A stretch of 64,000 nt of DNA, from positions 1 to 64,000 of the forward strand of contig OX597832.1 in NCBI GenBank assembly GCA_951406725.2, read 5' to 3'. Every line of letters begins with the position of its first letter. The stretch's first letter is position 1. The notes under the pieces were generated by a model. It made no database searches. It worked only from the letters and a program-made list of their open reading frames with translations, and had not been told where the DNA came from. The position numbers were made by a program, and so were the translations under genes. Of the stretch, positions 37,705-51,054 are shown in pieces. Source of the DNA: Octopus vulgaris (taxonomy: Eukaryota).

Positions 37705-38640
37705 AATAGCAAAACTTATAGAAATAGCAACCACATCCTACTGTGATAAGGAGCCAATGAGGGAAACCTCTATATGGTAGCTAGATGTGTTAGAAATAGC
37801 CAAATCTTTTTAAAATGAAAGGTTTTGACTGACTTACTAAATACAGTAGAGCAATATCTTCAAATCACAGCTGGCGGAGTAATGCAGGGCTTAACAACAA
37901 AGTGTCTACATCACTACCATGACTCCTATCTGGTGGTGACAATTATAGAACAACCCCCAACAGACTAACACAATGTCAACTACCACCCATCACCATAACA
38001 TCAATGTACTATACTTAAACCATCACTACATCCATTAGACAGTAGGAATGTTGATATCTTGTTATTGTTGAGCCTTGAGGAATATTTTTCTGCTATTTCT
38101 CGCAAGTTGATCAAACACCTTTAATTTTTAAGGGATTCAGCTCCTATTTCTAATACATCTATTTACCATGTAGATATAATATTAAAACAAAAATATCTTT
38201 TTCGATTCTCTTAAAATCACTGAATATAATATATATAATAATCCCAGATTGCAGAATAGATTTGAAAAACACTAAAGCGTTTTCCCTGTGCAATTTTTGA
38301 TACTGAAATGAGTTTAATTTTTGTGTGGGGAGAGAGAGAGTGGGTGACAAAGTTTACCTAAACATTGAATGGTATAACAATCTGTCATAATTATATATAC
38401 TAGCTGGACCCGTGAAAAATTCACGGAAAACATAAAAAATGTAAGCATCTGTAAACAGTGTACTGGTGCCGTGAGAAATGTTTGCATATTATGACCATCT
38501 GTCTTTACGTTCTGAGTTCAAATTCTGCCAAGGTCGACTTGTCCTTTCGGGGTCAATAAATTAAGTATCTAATCAACTGGCCCCCTCCCTACAAAAATGT
38601 CAGTCCTAGAAGAGTATATTGTGACAGTTACAAAACTCAT

Positions 38641-39546
38641 TTTGCCCAGGCTATTCTTATTCTAGCAGATACACTTTCAGCACACCCTCCCCCGCTACTG
38701 ACCTGGTCATCAAGGTAATGAAAGCTATCAACTACTTCTAGTTTTCTCCCTTGAATGTGGCAGAAGTTGTTCTCTGCACATTTTCAGTGTTTATTGCTCC
38801 TGAGCATCTGCCACATACAAAAACTATCTTCTCAGTTAGCCTTCCTTTGATATTGCTGCACCTCTTATGCGTCCATTGCTTACACTGGGTACATCTTATA
38901 GAGTTTCTACCTACGCCTTTTCTACAGATTGAGCAGGACCATCTACCTGAAGGGATTTGTGGTTTGCCTGCCTTCCTACTTAGAATTTTGGTTTTAGGTA
39001 GGTTGACTCTAATGAGACCATAACCTCATGGCCTATGCCAGGGGTGTAACCAGCCAACTTATGCATACCTTTCCTTCATTGGACACTAAACACTGTTTGC
39101 GAAGACCTGTTGAGGCAAGTGAAATCAAATTCAATGACTGGCATCCGCGCTAACTGGCTTCCATGCTGGTGGCATGTAAAAAGTACCATTTGAGCGTGAT
39201 CGTTACCAGCATCGCCTTACTGGTACTTGTGCCAGTGGCACATGAAAATAACATTCGAGTGACGTCGTTGGTAGTGCCACTGGAATGGCTCCTGTGCAGG
39301 TGGCACGTAAAAAAACACCATTTGAGCGTGGCCATTGTTAGTACCTGACTGGCCTTCGTGTCAGTGGCACATAAAAGCACCCACTACACTCTCGGAGTGG
39401 TTGGCATTAGGAAGGGCATCCAGTTGTAGAAACTCTGCCAGATCAAGATTGGATCCCGGTGCAGCCATCTGGTTTGCCAGTCCTCAGTCAAATCATCTAA
39501 CCCATGCTGGCATGGAAAGCAGACATTAAACGATGATGATGATGAT
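38641..39546 (+). mobile_element. RTE LINE insertion with inverted 5' part
   Basis: 38641-39008 is antisense RTE ORF (equivalent to ~2745-3120); 39011-39546 is sense 3' UTR (equivalent to 3590-4385) ending (GAT)n. Confidence 0.85.
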
Positions 39547-39899
39547 TATATCCAGTGATTTTAAGAGATACGAAAAAGATATTTTTGTTTTAATATTATA
39601 CTTTTACTTCGTTTCACACATACATGCAAAAACTCTAACATGCTTTTTTTTTTTTAGATGAATTTATCGCTTGTTATCTCTCCACACACTTCATTACCAC
39701 TAACTTCTATGACCTCTGCATTTTCACTTATTCATTTCAAGCTTCTTTGAATTTTCAATCTAATACAATCCACACTCTCTCGAAAATGTATTTCTGCAAG
39801 ATGTTATCTAAAATTATGGGTAAAGAAAGAAATAGCAAAAAAATATTTGGCCTTTTCTTTGATAATATCTTTCTTGCTTATTTAAATTCAGTTCAATGC

Positions 39900-40300
39900 A
39901 CACTTGCCTTGAACCAACCATTTCACTTTGTGTGTGTGAGTGTTCTTGATAATCGTTTAGAACAAGTAGTTTTACACCAATTGCACTATTTTTTTTTTTT
40001 CCGGCCCGGAACATTCACGATGTGAATTTTACAAGTCCTCTCCCCCACCCTCCTTTCGCGAGTGCGCATTTTTTTGGTCATATTCGTTTAGAGCAAGTTG
40101 TTTACACATATTACACTATTTTTTTTTGTTTTTGTGCCGGAGTCACACCCTCAGACGCTTTCGGAAATTCATGGGAATTTTCCGAGGCCTCTCTCCAACC
40201 CCACCCTTTCGCGAGCGCGCATTTTTAAAAATCATATTCGTTTAGAGGAAGTTGTTTTACACCTATTACACTATTTTTTTTTTGTTTTTATCATCGGGTC
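39900..40300. repeat. Three imperfect ~130-150-bp tandem repeats
   Basis: Recurrent TCGTTTAGA(A/G)..AAGT.GTTT(T)ACAC...CACTATTTTTTTT at ~39953, ~40084 and ~40238. Confidence 0.75.
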
Positions 40301-41179
40301 AAACGCTTAAGTTTGACCGAAGTCGCCGTTTCTCTGACTTGCATAAAAAAAAATTCTCCTAAGACTAATGTTGGTGGCATCAAACTGACCACTGTGTAAC
40401 GTAGTTATCCAAGTCCAGCTAAATTAATTTGTTATGTACATAGTAACAAAAAGTATTTTAAGGGTTTATGTAGCATGTTGTTGATCTACATGAATTTTAC
40501 CAAATGTAGTTATGCCGTTATTTATCAGTTTCAAAAAGATAAAAGACAAATCCAGCTAAGAGGTGATAAACTTAGAACTGAATTGGTTGTAAAGTTTGTA
40601 TCCTATCTCTGTACTCCACTAAAAGTAATATGTAGAGACGGATACTGATCTTAAGCCATTATTTGCAAGTGCGACGTTATTATTTGTGGTGATCTGCAGA
40701 CAGAAAAATTAGTAACATATCTAAGGAAAATACAACTTTACAATGTACGACTTGCTAGGAATAGCAGCTACATCTTCAGATCATATCCAACTGTCTTTAA
40801 AAACAGGACACATTAGAAATTGAAGTATGGGGTTCTCTATATACGTAAAAAAGAAAAAGGTGCGTCATAACAAGAATGCTTTTGATTACAAGTTTACTCG
40901 ACCAGTGTTGTTTAGGAGCTAAACTTTATAGCGTGATTTCAAAGTGCTCAAGTTAATGACAATAGATGGAATTTATGGAAGTTTAATGTATTGCAATCAG
41001 AAATATTGTGAAATCAAATAATTAGTGAAATAAAAAAATGTATCTATACCCAATGACCTTACTTAAGGTCGTTGTGGAAACAAAGAGGATTTTATACATT
41101 CTTCTAGACATAGAGAAGTTGGAGAAAGACATTAAAGTAAATAATCCAATATATGACAGTTATCATCCCGTAATGTTAC

Positions 41180-41223
41180 CTTACTACAGCCTGGCGAATT
41201 GTCATCAAATTATTCAACATCAT
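41180..41223 (-). CDS. SOD2: MnSOD coding exon 1 (mitochondrial presequence start)
   Basis: ATG ATG TTG AAT AAT TTG ATG ACA ATT CGC CAG GCT GTA GTA AG|GTAAC; phase 2 joins exon 2 in frame (AG+G=Arg). Total CDS 717 nt = 238 aa. Confidence 0.8.
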
Positions 41224-41254
41224 TCAACGTCTTCCACCTCTCGTACTTGAGACC

Positions 41255-41300
41255 CGACTAGTATTTAAACAATGCTGCCACGTGACTTTAGTTTCCGGTT
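41255..41300 (-). promoter_or_regulatory. Candidate SOD2 core promoter (E-box GTCACGTG, ETS-like CCGGAA)
   Basis: CACGTGAC at 41279-41286 and TTCCGG at 41293-41298, 55-75 bp upstream of the inferred ATG. Confidence 0.5.
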
Positions 41301-41995
41301 TGTCCCAACCGAGACACTGTTTCTCAGAAATAATAACACAGCATATTGCGTAAAATATCAATCATATGCCGAGATAACAATTTTATTTATGCAGTAAGAA
41401 ATTTGACATATAAATTCATGTTTAAAAAATAACCAATATCATTCAAAAGCTTCCTAGATGTACACAATAATTAAAAAAACTGAGCAACAATCTTTAATTC
41501 ACGATAGAAAAACAAATATTGATCCCGGAATTGAAGAAATGAGCAGTACAGCACTGAATATTATTAAAAATTAACTTTGGAAATAATTATAGCAAATTTA
41601 AATTAATGAATTTTTAATCTGTATTAAGCCACTAATGTTTTGATCTTTTAGTTTAATGATATACATATCTTCATTTAAATAAACTCTTCACAATATGTTT
41701 GTAGTTACTGCTGCACATGGCGGCAGTGTCCAGGTTTTTTCATTGTCCATCTTAATTACTGGAGTTTTCCACCTTATCTAACCAATATCGGCTTATGACA
41801 TATTAAAAGAGTGAATTTACGTATCTACGAGTAAGTAATTATTAAAATAAATTTCTGTTTGTTTTTATTTCAGTGATTAAACTCTATTTACCGCCACAAT
41901 TTTCACTGGAGAGCAATATAACATTTACGGAGATAATAAAGAGAGCCACTTCTGTTAATTATTTAATGTTATTTCTTGTATATACACACTACCTA

Positions 41996-42054
<59 letters not shown>

Positions 42055-44043
42055 CACTATCGATATTTATCTGGTCCTATCAGAGACGATATTAACCCCG
42101 ACTATTTTAATGACCCCCCATCAACACAAAATAGTCGCCATTTTCCTAATATGATTATCGACATTCATTGCCCCAACATTTCATCACTCTCCTAACATGA
42201 ATGGCTTCAGTCCTGCCCTTAACCTACTATTGTTACTATTCTTATATTTTCTTCATTTTCCTGTTACCTCTGCGATCGCTGTTTTTATCGCCACCGTTTT
42301 AGTTGTATGAGTATTTTTACTGTTTTGTTTTTGGCGGTATTTCGATTTATGATCCGGAAAGTGAATCGCGGAAGTTTTTTTTTCAATCCTTATATTGATT
42401 GAAATTTTAAACTTTGAATTCAGTTTTTTTTCTGTGTCCTTTTTACAAATCATTTGAGGTTTGCCTGTCACTTTGCTTGTCAGCACTTTTGAACGCATTC
42501 ACTGTTACCCAGTGCTCACTAATCATTTCTAGTAGGACTGTGGCAGCGTTTTTTTTCATTTTTTTTACTTAGTGGTTATGTGTTTTTGATTCTGGCTGGA
42601 TATTCACGCTTTATTTTTTATCTTAAAATTCTGATGTGAAGTTGGCAAGATCTAAAAGAGTTGTTTTATCGTGTGACCTTTGTTGTACATTCATTGTAAA
42701 TTTTTTAGCGTTCCGATGACATTTTGCTTTATAATGGGCATCGGGTCTAGTTTGCGTATTCTAAGTACTTTATCAATGCTTTACTATGTCTTTGTCATCA
42801 ATATCTCTGCCACCACAGTTATCACTGTCTCCGCTGGCTCATCATAGTCACCACTGTACTATAACCAGTCTCCAGTGTTCTATCACCACCAACTTCACTT
42901 AACTATGATCGCAGTATCCACTATACTATTATTAATGTCACCACAGTTTCTTCTGTACTGTCACTAGTGTTTTCCTTGTGCTATCATCACAGTCTTCCCT
43001 ATAGTGCCATCACAAGTTTTTTTTCCGTATTATCCCAAGTTTCCCTTGTGCTACCATGACCAAGTTCACTGTACTATTACTACTACTACTCTTCTGTTAT
43101 AGTCTTCAATGTACTGTAAATATTATCGCACTTACACCAGTCTCCACTAAAATTCTGTACTTTTCTATCGTCTCTACTGCTCACCCAATAGGTGCTTTCA
43201 GACTCAGTTCTCTTTAATACCTATTTCTTTACTTTAATATCTATAGTTCTCTTTAATTACCGTCAGTTTGTAGTTTCATTCATGAAATGGTGGAGATCTA
43301 TAACATTTTCCGGTCAATATAAAGTTTGAGATCCGTTACCGAAAAGAAAAAAAAAAAAAGAAAGCCCCCAACCTAAGTGTAAAATACTGTGTAGAAAACG
43401 AAATATGTATAAACAGAAAAATTTGCACAAACGAACGTTGGGGTGGGGATGGGGGACTTTCAGAAAATACACAAGGTCTGATTTTTTCCCTTCATAACTT
43501 TCAGGAAAATGGATATATATTGCTGAAATTTTATAGAAAATACCCTCCAATTGGCACAAATTACAGGGCTAATGCAGTTTTGCACTTCAGCTTCAATAAT
43601 GCATTTTTTAAAAAATTCGGCGATCTTAGCCAAAAATTTCCTTCGGATTCCGAGGTTTTATTTAGATATCAAAGGTTACGAATATGCAAAAAAAAAAAAA
43701 AAAAAAGGTAGTTCCATTGATTCGGAAATAGGGCATTGTTATCGCCACACATACAAAAGACAACGAAAGAAAAGCGTACGGGTACGTTTTGCTAAAAAAA
43801 GATGGTGCAGTGTGACTAGGAAAATTTGGCTGTTATTTCTAAAAGGACGAGTGCTACTGGAGAGGTTCCCTTTATTTCAATATTTTTGCCATAAAGGCAT
43901 TACAACACTACAACACATGTGGGGACATATAACAATTAAAAATATATAAAAATAAAATATATGACACATGAAAATGAATATGAAAAACAAATTAAAATTA
44001 TAACATGCGTGATAGCTGAAAATGAAAATATGAAAAGTGTGCT

Positions 44044-45200
44044 ACTCACCCGACACTGAGCAACACCCCTCGACGCCTCTGAGTCCTAATTTCCTTTTAG
44101 TCTCTGTTCCAGTTCCGCTATCGCTCCATGACTGCACTCTCTCATAACCTTTTTCACTGGGGGAGGGGTCTTCTAAATTCTGAGGTGTCTGCTTTTTTTT
44201 TTCTTTTTTTCCTGTGGGGAAATGGGGAGGGTGGTCTTGTGTGGGATGGAACACACTCAGTGTTCTTTCTCTTTTTTTTCTCTTCTTCCTTCTACTCTGT
44301 TACTCTCCATTCTTCCTCCTTTCCTCCGTCTGTCTTTTCCTCTCTTTTCTCTTCCGTTTCCACAACTGTTTCCTCTACTATTGTCTTCTGTAGAGGGCAG
44401 TATGCTCTAATGTGGCCCTTTAGGCCACATTAAAACAACGTGGTACTCTGCTCTCTTCCCACACTCTCAGCACAATTTCCCCCAACGTCACCATCTCTGC
44501 CAAACTCTCCAGTTGTCCTTCCTCTGCCTGTATAATTAGTTCTAGTATCTTCTTCCCTTTCCACCCTACTTCCGTTTCTGTGGCTTGAAGGACAGCCAGC
44601 TTCTCCTCACTTCCAACAAGGACAGCCACCGCCACCCAAACCACTTCTATATCAGGTGGGATTGCTTCTACCTGTACCTTGGAAATCTTTCTTCCAAGGT
44701 ATGTGGGCAGAAGCACTACTTCCTCTGTTTTCACTGCCACACTCGCCAGCCTCTTCACTTCCTCTACTGTCCTAAATTGGACGGCTATTGTCCTATATCT
44801 CCTTCCTTTTGTTATGTATGTTATTTTCTTTGATCACTCCTTTTGCGCCTTTTCAATTTCTGCTTCCACCTGCTCAGCCTTTTTTCTTTTTAACAAGAAC
44901 ACCTTATAGGTGATCGGTTTTCTCTCCATCTGCTCTATCATTCCTTTTGGGGTTGGGGTGCGTCAACTTCACGTCCCTGCCCACCTTCTGTTACCATCTT
45001 CTCATATGCCTTCAGACCATCCAAGTCCAACTCCCTTCGCTTCATCTCTGTGGCCTAAGCAAACCTCCTTTTCTCCAACACTCCGTCCATCTTTATGACT
45101 GCCCTTACCAGCTCCTCCTCCGCAGAAGACAACTCTGACCCGCTAAGGTCTGAATACGTTTCCTAAGCAGCGCGAAAAAACCATCTGACTCTCAACAAAT
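44044..45200 (-). mobile_element. Degenerate ORF1 (gag-like) relic related to the Tx1-like LINE, with no adjoining ORF2
   Basis: ORF 44420-44758 VKTEEVVLLPTYLGRKISKVQVEAIPPDIEV...WKGK...PRCF aligns by eye with IKAEDIVLLPLYKGKRTSKITMNNIPPEAD...WKGQ...PRCF of ORF1 at 57166-58095. Confidence 0.85.
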
Positions 45201-45769
45201 TCACCCAACAATGGAGAGGTTCCCTTGCGAACAAGTACTGACCCTTGTGTAAAAAATCTGGCGGCAGCAAAGGACATAGACCGCACCCCGTTTCAGTTAT
45301 TTGCGGGGTGGTTCTACAGAAACCCACCTTTTCAACTGCGGAGATTCCGAATCTGCAAAAAAAAGAAAAAAACTTACACACTGGCAACCAACATCTTAAC
45401 AACAACCATTACAATTTTGACCCTTGACTGCAACGAAGAACTAACCGTTACATAAATTACCAAAAAAGAAAAGAAAATTTTTAAATGTCATTCTGTTGTC
45501 ATATGTTTGTGCAAAAAAACTAATTTTTATGTACCTCCCTTAATTCCAAAAGACCCTCAACCACATGCTCAATTTCTGTCACACATGCACTGGTAGAGTG
45601 GAGGGGGTATTTTGCCCCAAAAAATTTCTTTAAAAAAAGTGAAAAATCGGTGGGTGGGAGGAATTAAAATTTTGAAATGCTGAATTTTTTTTTTTGCAGA
45701 TTCAGAATCTCTGCAGTCGAAAAGGTGGGTTTCTGTAGAAAACGCCCACCCAAAAAATAACTGATTAGG

Positions 45770-48160
45770 GATAGATTTAAACTAGATGAGATGCAGTTTG
45801 GTTTTGTTCCAGGGAGAAGTACCACAGAGACTAGTGAGACTGTTGCAAGAAAAGTATTTGGCCAAAAGTAAACTATTGTACTTAGCCTTCATCGACCTGG
45901 AGAAAGATATGAGCAGAGTTCCTTGTTCTCTTATCTGGTAGTCTCTAAAGAAGCTAAGAGTAGATGAGTGACTTGTTAGAGCCGTACAAGCCATGTACAG
46001 CGATGCTGTCAGTAAGGTGAGAGTCAGCCTTGAATACAGTGATGAATTTAGTGTACAAGTTGGAGTTCATCAGAGGTCAATTCTTAAGTCCACTCTTATT
46101 CATCATAGTTCTCCAGGCCATAACAGAGGAATTCAAAACTGGATGCTCATAGGAACTGCTATATGCTGATGATCTTGCTGTTATTGCAGAATTCAAGAAA
46201 ATGTTCTAGGTTTGGAAGCAAAACCTGGAATCAAAGGGTCTTAATGTTAACTTAGCTAAGTCTAAAGTTGTTGTTAGTGAGAAAGAAGATAAGACTCATT
46301 CCGGCTGGCAAATGGCCCTATTCAATATGTAGGAAAAGAGTGGGATTTAATTCCATTTGCTGCACCAAGTGTCAGCTATGGACACACAAGAGATGCAATG
46401 GAATTGCAGGTAGGTTAACAGATAAGGTCGCTTTCATGTGTAGCAGATGCACAGAAACAATAAGTACTAAGAGCACGAGGAACTTAAACACACTCTCTAA
46501 TGCCCAGGAGTCTCTCTTGAGGTAGATAGTTTCTGCTATTTACATAACCAAATTAGTAACGGTGGTGGATGCTCTGAAAGTATTGTTTCTGGAATAGGAT
46601 GGAGGAAGTTTTGAGAGCTACTACTTCTGTTGGCAACAAAAAGACTCTCTCTCAGAATGAAAGGTAAATTGTATGATGCTTGTGTGAGAATGGCTATATT
46701 ACATGGTAGTGAGACATGGGCTCTTACTGGAGAGGAATGAACATAGTATGCTCCGTTAGATTTGCAACATCAGTGTACATGAACGACAAAACACAATTGT
46801 GTTGAGAAAAAAGTTAGGTATAACAGGGATTATAATATGGCATGCAGGAGAGGAGAATGTATTGGTGTGGACATGTGATGCATATGAATGAAGACAGCTG
46901 TATACAGAAGTGCCTGTCACTAAAGTGGATGGTACTTGTGGAAAAGGAGACCCAGGAAGACATGGGATGAAGTGGTGAGGACAGGGAATGAAAATGGACC
47001 AAGATGTTTGGTGATATGAGGTTCTAGAGAAGACTTGCCCACATCAGCAAAACTGAGTGCCAGAAGTGTTGTGTCCCACCCACATGGAACAACAAACTTT
47101 TCACACACCCTACCCCAAGAAACTGAACTACATCTTTCTAAACTGCATCTTTCTCTTCTTCATATTTCCTCCTTGTAAACTATGATTGTCTTCCAATCTC
47201 CTTTCCTGTCCTCACTGCCCTGTTCACTCTATCACTGCCTCACTCCATTTTTCTACCTAAGTTTTTGCCAATCACTGCAAGCCCCACTCCCTACTTGTGC
47301 CTTCTTGGCAATACCTGACTGCATATATTATGACCTTTGTGCCTCTCTTTTCCTTATCCTACCATTACATCTGTGCTTTGATCCTTGTTACTTGTTAGTA
47401 TACCCTGACACTTCACCATCTCTCTCCTGCTTTCCCTTACACTTTTGTTGTTTCCTACATTCTCTCTTTCCCTTTCTCTTCCCTCTGGCTGGGTAGCCAT
47501 GTATCTCCTCTACAACAGCACACCTGTTTTTGCACTCATTCTTGATCACTCTCTCTTCTCTTGCTTTTCCTCTGACTAGGTAACCATCTCTTTTACATCA
47601 GCACACCTGTTTCTGTCCCCCCCTCTCTCTCTCACTGGGTAACCGTGTAACTCCTCTCTAGCAAGACACCTATTTCTGCCTCTCTATTTCTCTGTCATGA
47701 CCTAACCTTTCATCATATACTACTGGATCAGCTCCTGTAATGCCCCTTCTGTTATAGAAAGACACCTGCTTCTGTCTCTCTGTCACACTCTAACCTTTTG
47801 TCTTTTGACACAAGTTCTCCTCAAATGCCCATGCCCCTCTTATAATTCCTTGTCTTGCGAATTACTAGTTGACCCTGCCAGTGCTGGCGCCCCTTACAAA
47901 GCATCCAGCCCACTCTGTAAAGTTGCTATTTGGATGGGCATCCAGGTGTAAAAATGCCAAAATTGATCTCGCCTGTGCTAGTGCCACATAAAAAGCACTC
48001 AGCCCACTCTGCAGAGTGGTTGGTGTTAGGAAGGGCATCCAGCCATAAGAACCCTGTCAAAACAGACACAGTAGCTTAGGGTAGTTTTCTATCTGGCTGG
48101 CTCCTGTCAACCGTCCTACCCATGCATGCATGGAAGACAGACATTAAATGATGATGATGG
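45770..48160 (+). mobile_element. Decayed RTE LINE (RT core to 3' UTR, (GAT)n end)
   Basis: MQFGFVPGRSTT, LAFIDLEK, VGVHQRS, ELLYADDL, PHD-like cluster, LHGSETW; tail homologous to 31740-32030. Confidence 0.85.
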
Positions 48161-49108
48161 TGTACATACACAGAATTGAAGCACTTGAACAATCAGATAT
48201 GATTGTGTCATCAAAATTGCAGACAGTTTTATTAATGATTTAGGCTACCTATGACCCTTCGGGTCACTGACGGTTCAGGTTATAAAATATTGAATCTGAT
48301 TTCAACATTGCATTGAAATGAAAGTTAAATATTTCAATTTGTTCATGTCATCATAGGCCTGGTTTACAAGTTCATGTTTACAGCATCTTATAGAAATAGA
48401 ACTTCCAGGATAAACTTGAACTCCAGTAACAGTATTTATTTATGGCATATGTGCACACTTCTACAAAAGTGCAAAAGTAATTGTTATATAACATAAACAA
48501 AATTAATGGAAACAATTTTCCCATTTCAGGATTATGTTACTTTCAGAGTATTTTCCCATTATGAACTGTATTGGCTGTTTTTGAAGGTACCCCGAAAAAC
48601 CGCATATCTTGGGAATCTGTGATGCGATTTACGTAAAATTTGTTTTATTTTGTTTGTATGCACATTTCAGGGGTACCTTACTTTCAGAGTATTTTCCCAT
48701 TATGTCCAGTTTTGTTGTATTAAATTACAGACAAGCATGCATGCACTCACGCAAGCAATCAGAGAGTTTTAGTAGTATATAGATAGATAGTAGTGCATCA
48801 AAACAATGGGAGGAACCAGTTGAGCAAATATATGTATATACACAGAATTAATGCACTTGAACAATCAGATATGGTTGTAATGTCTTGGTTGAAAATATCA
48901 TTGATGTAATGTGTGTGTGTGTGCACACACACACATAACAGGCTTCTTTCAGTTTAAGTCTACCAAATCCACTCACAAGACTTTTGTCGGCTCAAGGCTA
49001 TAGTAGAAGACTCTTGCCTAAGGTGCCACACAGTGGAACTGAACCTGGAACCATGTCCTTGGAAAGCAAACTTTTTCCACAGAGCTACTTCTGTGCCTAA
49101 TATATATA

Positions 49109-49331
49109 CAGGGTTGGCCAAAAGTAAATCAAAACATTTTAATTCCAAGATTTATTTATGTTCAACAACTGAATGAATTCAATAAAAGCATCTAAATATG
49201 AAACATCATGAAAATAGTTCAAACTGAAGTCCTTCTTGAGTGACACATTTTTCCATTTGAGTCTATCAGAATTACAGATAGTATTTGTGGAATTTTGATT
49301 TACTGTCGTGTGACTTTTGGCCAACCATTTG
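49109..49331. mobile_element. Tc1-type MITE
   Basis: TA-CAGGGTTGGCCAAAAGT ... ACTTTTGGCCAACC terminal inverted repeats. Confidence 0.7.
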
Positions 49332-49638
49332 TGTGTGTGATATAAATACCTGGTACCTAATACTTGTTTCTGTCATTAGACTGTGACCATGCTGGGACAC
49401 CACCTTGAATTTTAGTCAAATGAATCAACCCCAGTACATTCTTTTTTAAAGCCTGCTACTTATTCTATTGTTAAACCATTAAATTACTGGGATGTAAACA
49501 CACTAACACCGGTTGTCAAGGTGGTGGTGGTGATAAACACAGACACAAAGATATGTGCACTCGTGCACACACACACACATGGTTAGGAGGCTAGCTTCTT
49601 ACCACACAGCCACGCTTGTGCCTACACATACACATATA

Positions 49639-51034
49639 CACAGAACCATGCTAATAGCTTATAAATGAAATTTAGGATTTTTTGGTTTTCTGTGAATTGA
49701 TTTTGATAAAACTTTTCCCAGCTGATTTGCACACTATAGCAACACCATTGTTATTTTTCATTATTCTGTGCTAATAGCTTTTGAATGAAAATAGCCCATC
49801 TAGACATTTTTTTTTTTCAGAAAATGAGGGGTACTCATACATATTAAGCATACATTGAGTATATATTTAACAGAAAACCATAATGATATTATAACATTTA
49901 TTGACATAATGAATTATTTAGCCACATGAGTGCCATTTACTTAAAAAACCATAACTTCAAAAACCCTATTAGTCATGGAATCTGTCATTTCTTAATATTA
50001 CCAGGTTGATGTGCCTCTGCTGCAGCTTGGATGGTCACCCATAAGACATCTTTTGACGTAAATTGGTGTCCATCAGCATAAACATTTTGTTTAATGATAG
50101 ACCAAAGATTTTCAATAGGGTTGAGATCTGGAGATGCTGGTGGCAACACCATCACCTTTCACCTTATATGCTGTAAGACCCTAGGGATGTTTGGGTGGTT
50201 CTAGCAGAGTGGGAGGGAGTGTTGTCATGCATGAATACGAGATTCCTTAGAAGTGACAGCAGTATATCATCAAGCCAGGGATCCAAGTACTTCAGGAGAT
50301 TGCAGTAAGCAGCTATGGTCACTTTAATCCCTTTAGACATCCTGACTGGCCAACAAGTCTGATACCAGCCCACAACATGACTCCTCCACCCTGTTGGTGA
50401 TGCTAATCTCCAAAATAGACCCGACCATCAGATTCGTCATGTACTTTTGGGCCCATTGAAGCCTCAACTCCTGTGATGGGGCATTAAAGGAGGCAGTTTC
50501 AGGGGTTCTTGCACAGAAACCATCATCCTGAGGATGGGATTTCTGATGGTTTTCGATACATGAGGAAGTCCGGAGGTGGTGAAAATTGGCTTTGCTTGTT
50601 TGTTTAGGTTTTCCCATGTAACTTGTGGCCAATATTCCTTAAATCCCTAGCTGTCACAGTCTTGGCGGTCCCACAGTCAAATTGTTTCTTTCTTGGTGAA
50701 GGGTTGTTCAGGAATCATCTGTGTCCACATGATGACCTAACTTCTGTGCAGTGACCTGTCTTTAACACTTTCCTTGGTGATGACAGAACTTTTCTTCATC
50801 ATTAGGGCCTTTTCCACCTCCCATTGTTCTTAGAGAGGAGAGACTATTAGCATGGTTCTCTCAAAATCTGAAAAATCTGGAATAAAAAAGAAAGGATGTT
50901 ACACAGAATAATGAAAACATAACAATGGTGTTGCCATAGTGTGCAAAGAAGCTGGGAAAAGATTTATGAAAATCGATTCACAGAAAATTGAGAAATCCTA
51001 AATTTCACTCCTAAGCTGTTAACATGGTTCTGGG
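49639..51034 (-). mobile_element. Tc1-like transposon with ~130-bp imperfect TIRs and decayed transposase
   Basis: TIRs 49641-49770 / 50902-51032; LVFMHDNTPSHSAR and PPASPDLNPIENLWSIIK on the minus strand. Confidence 0.85.
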
Positions 51035-51054
51035 TTTATATATATATATATATA

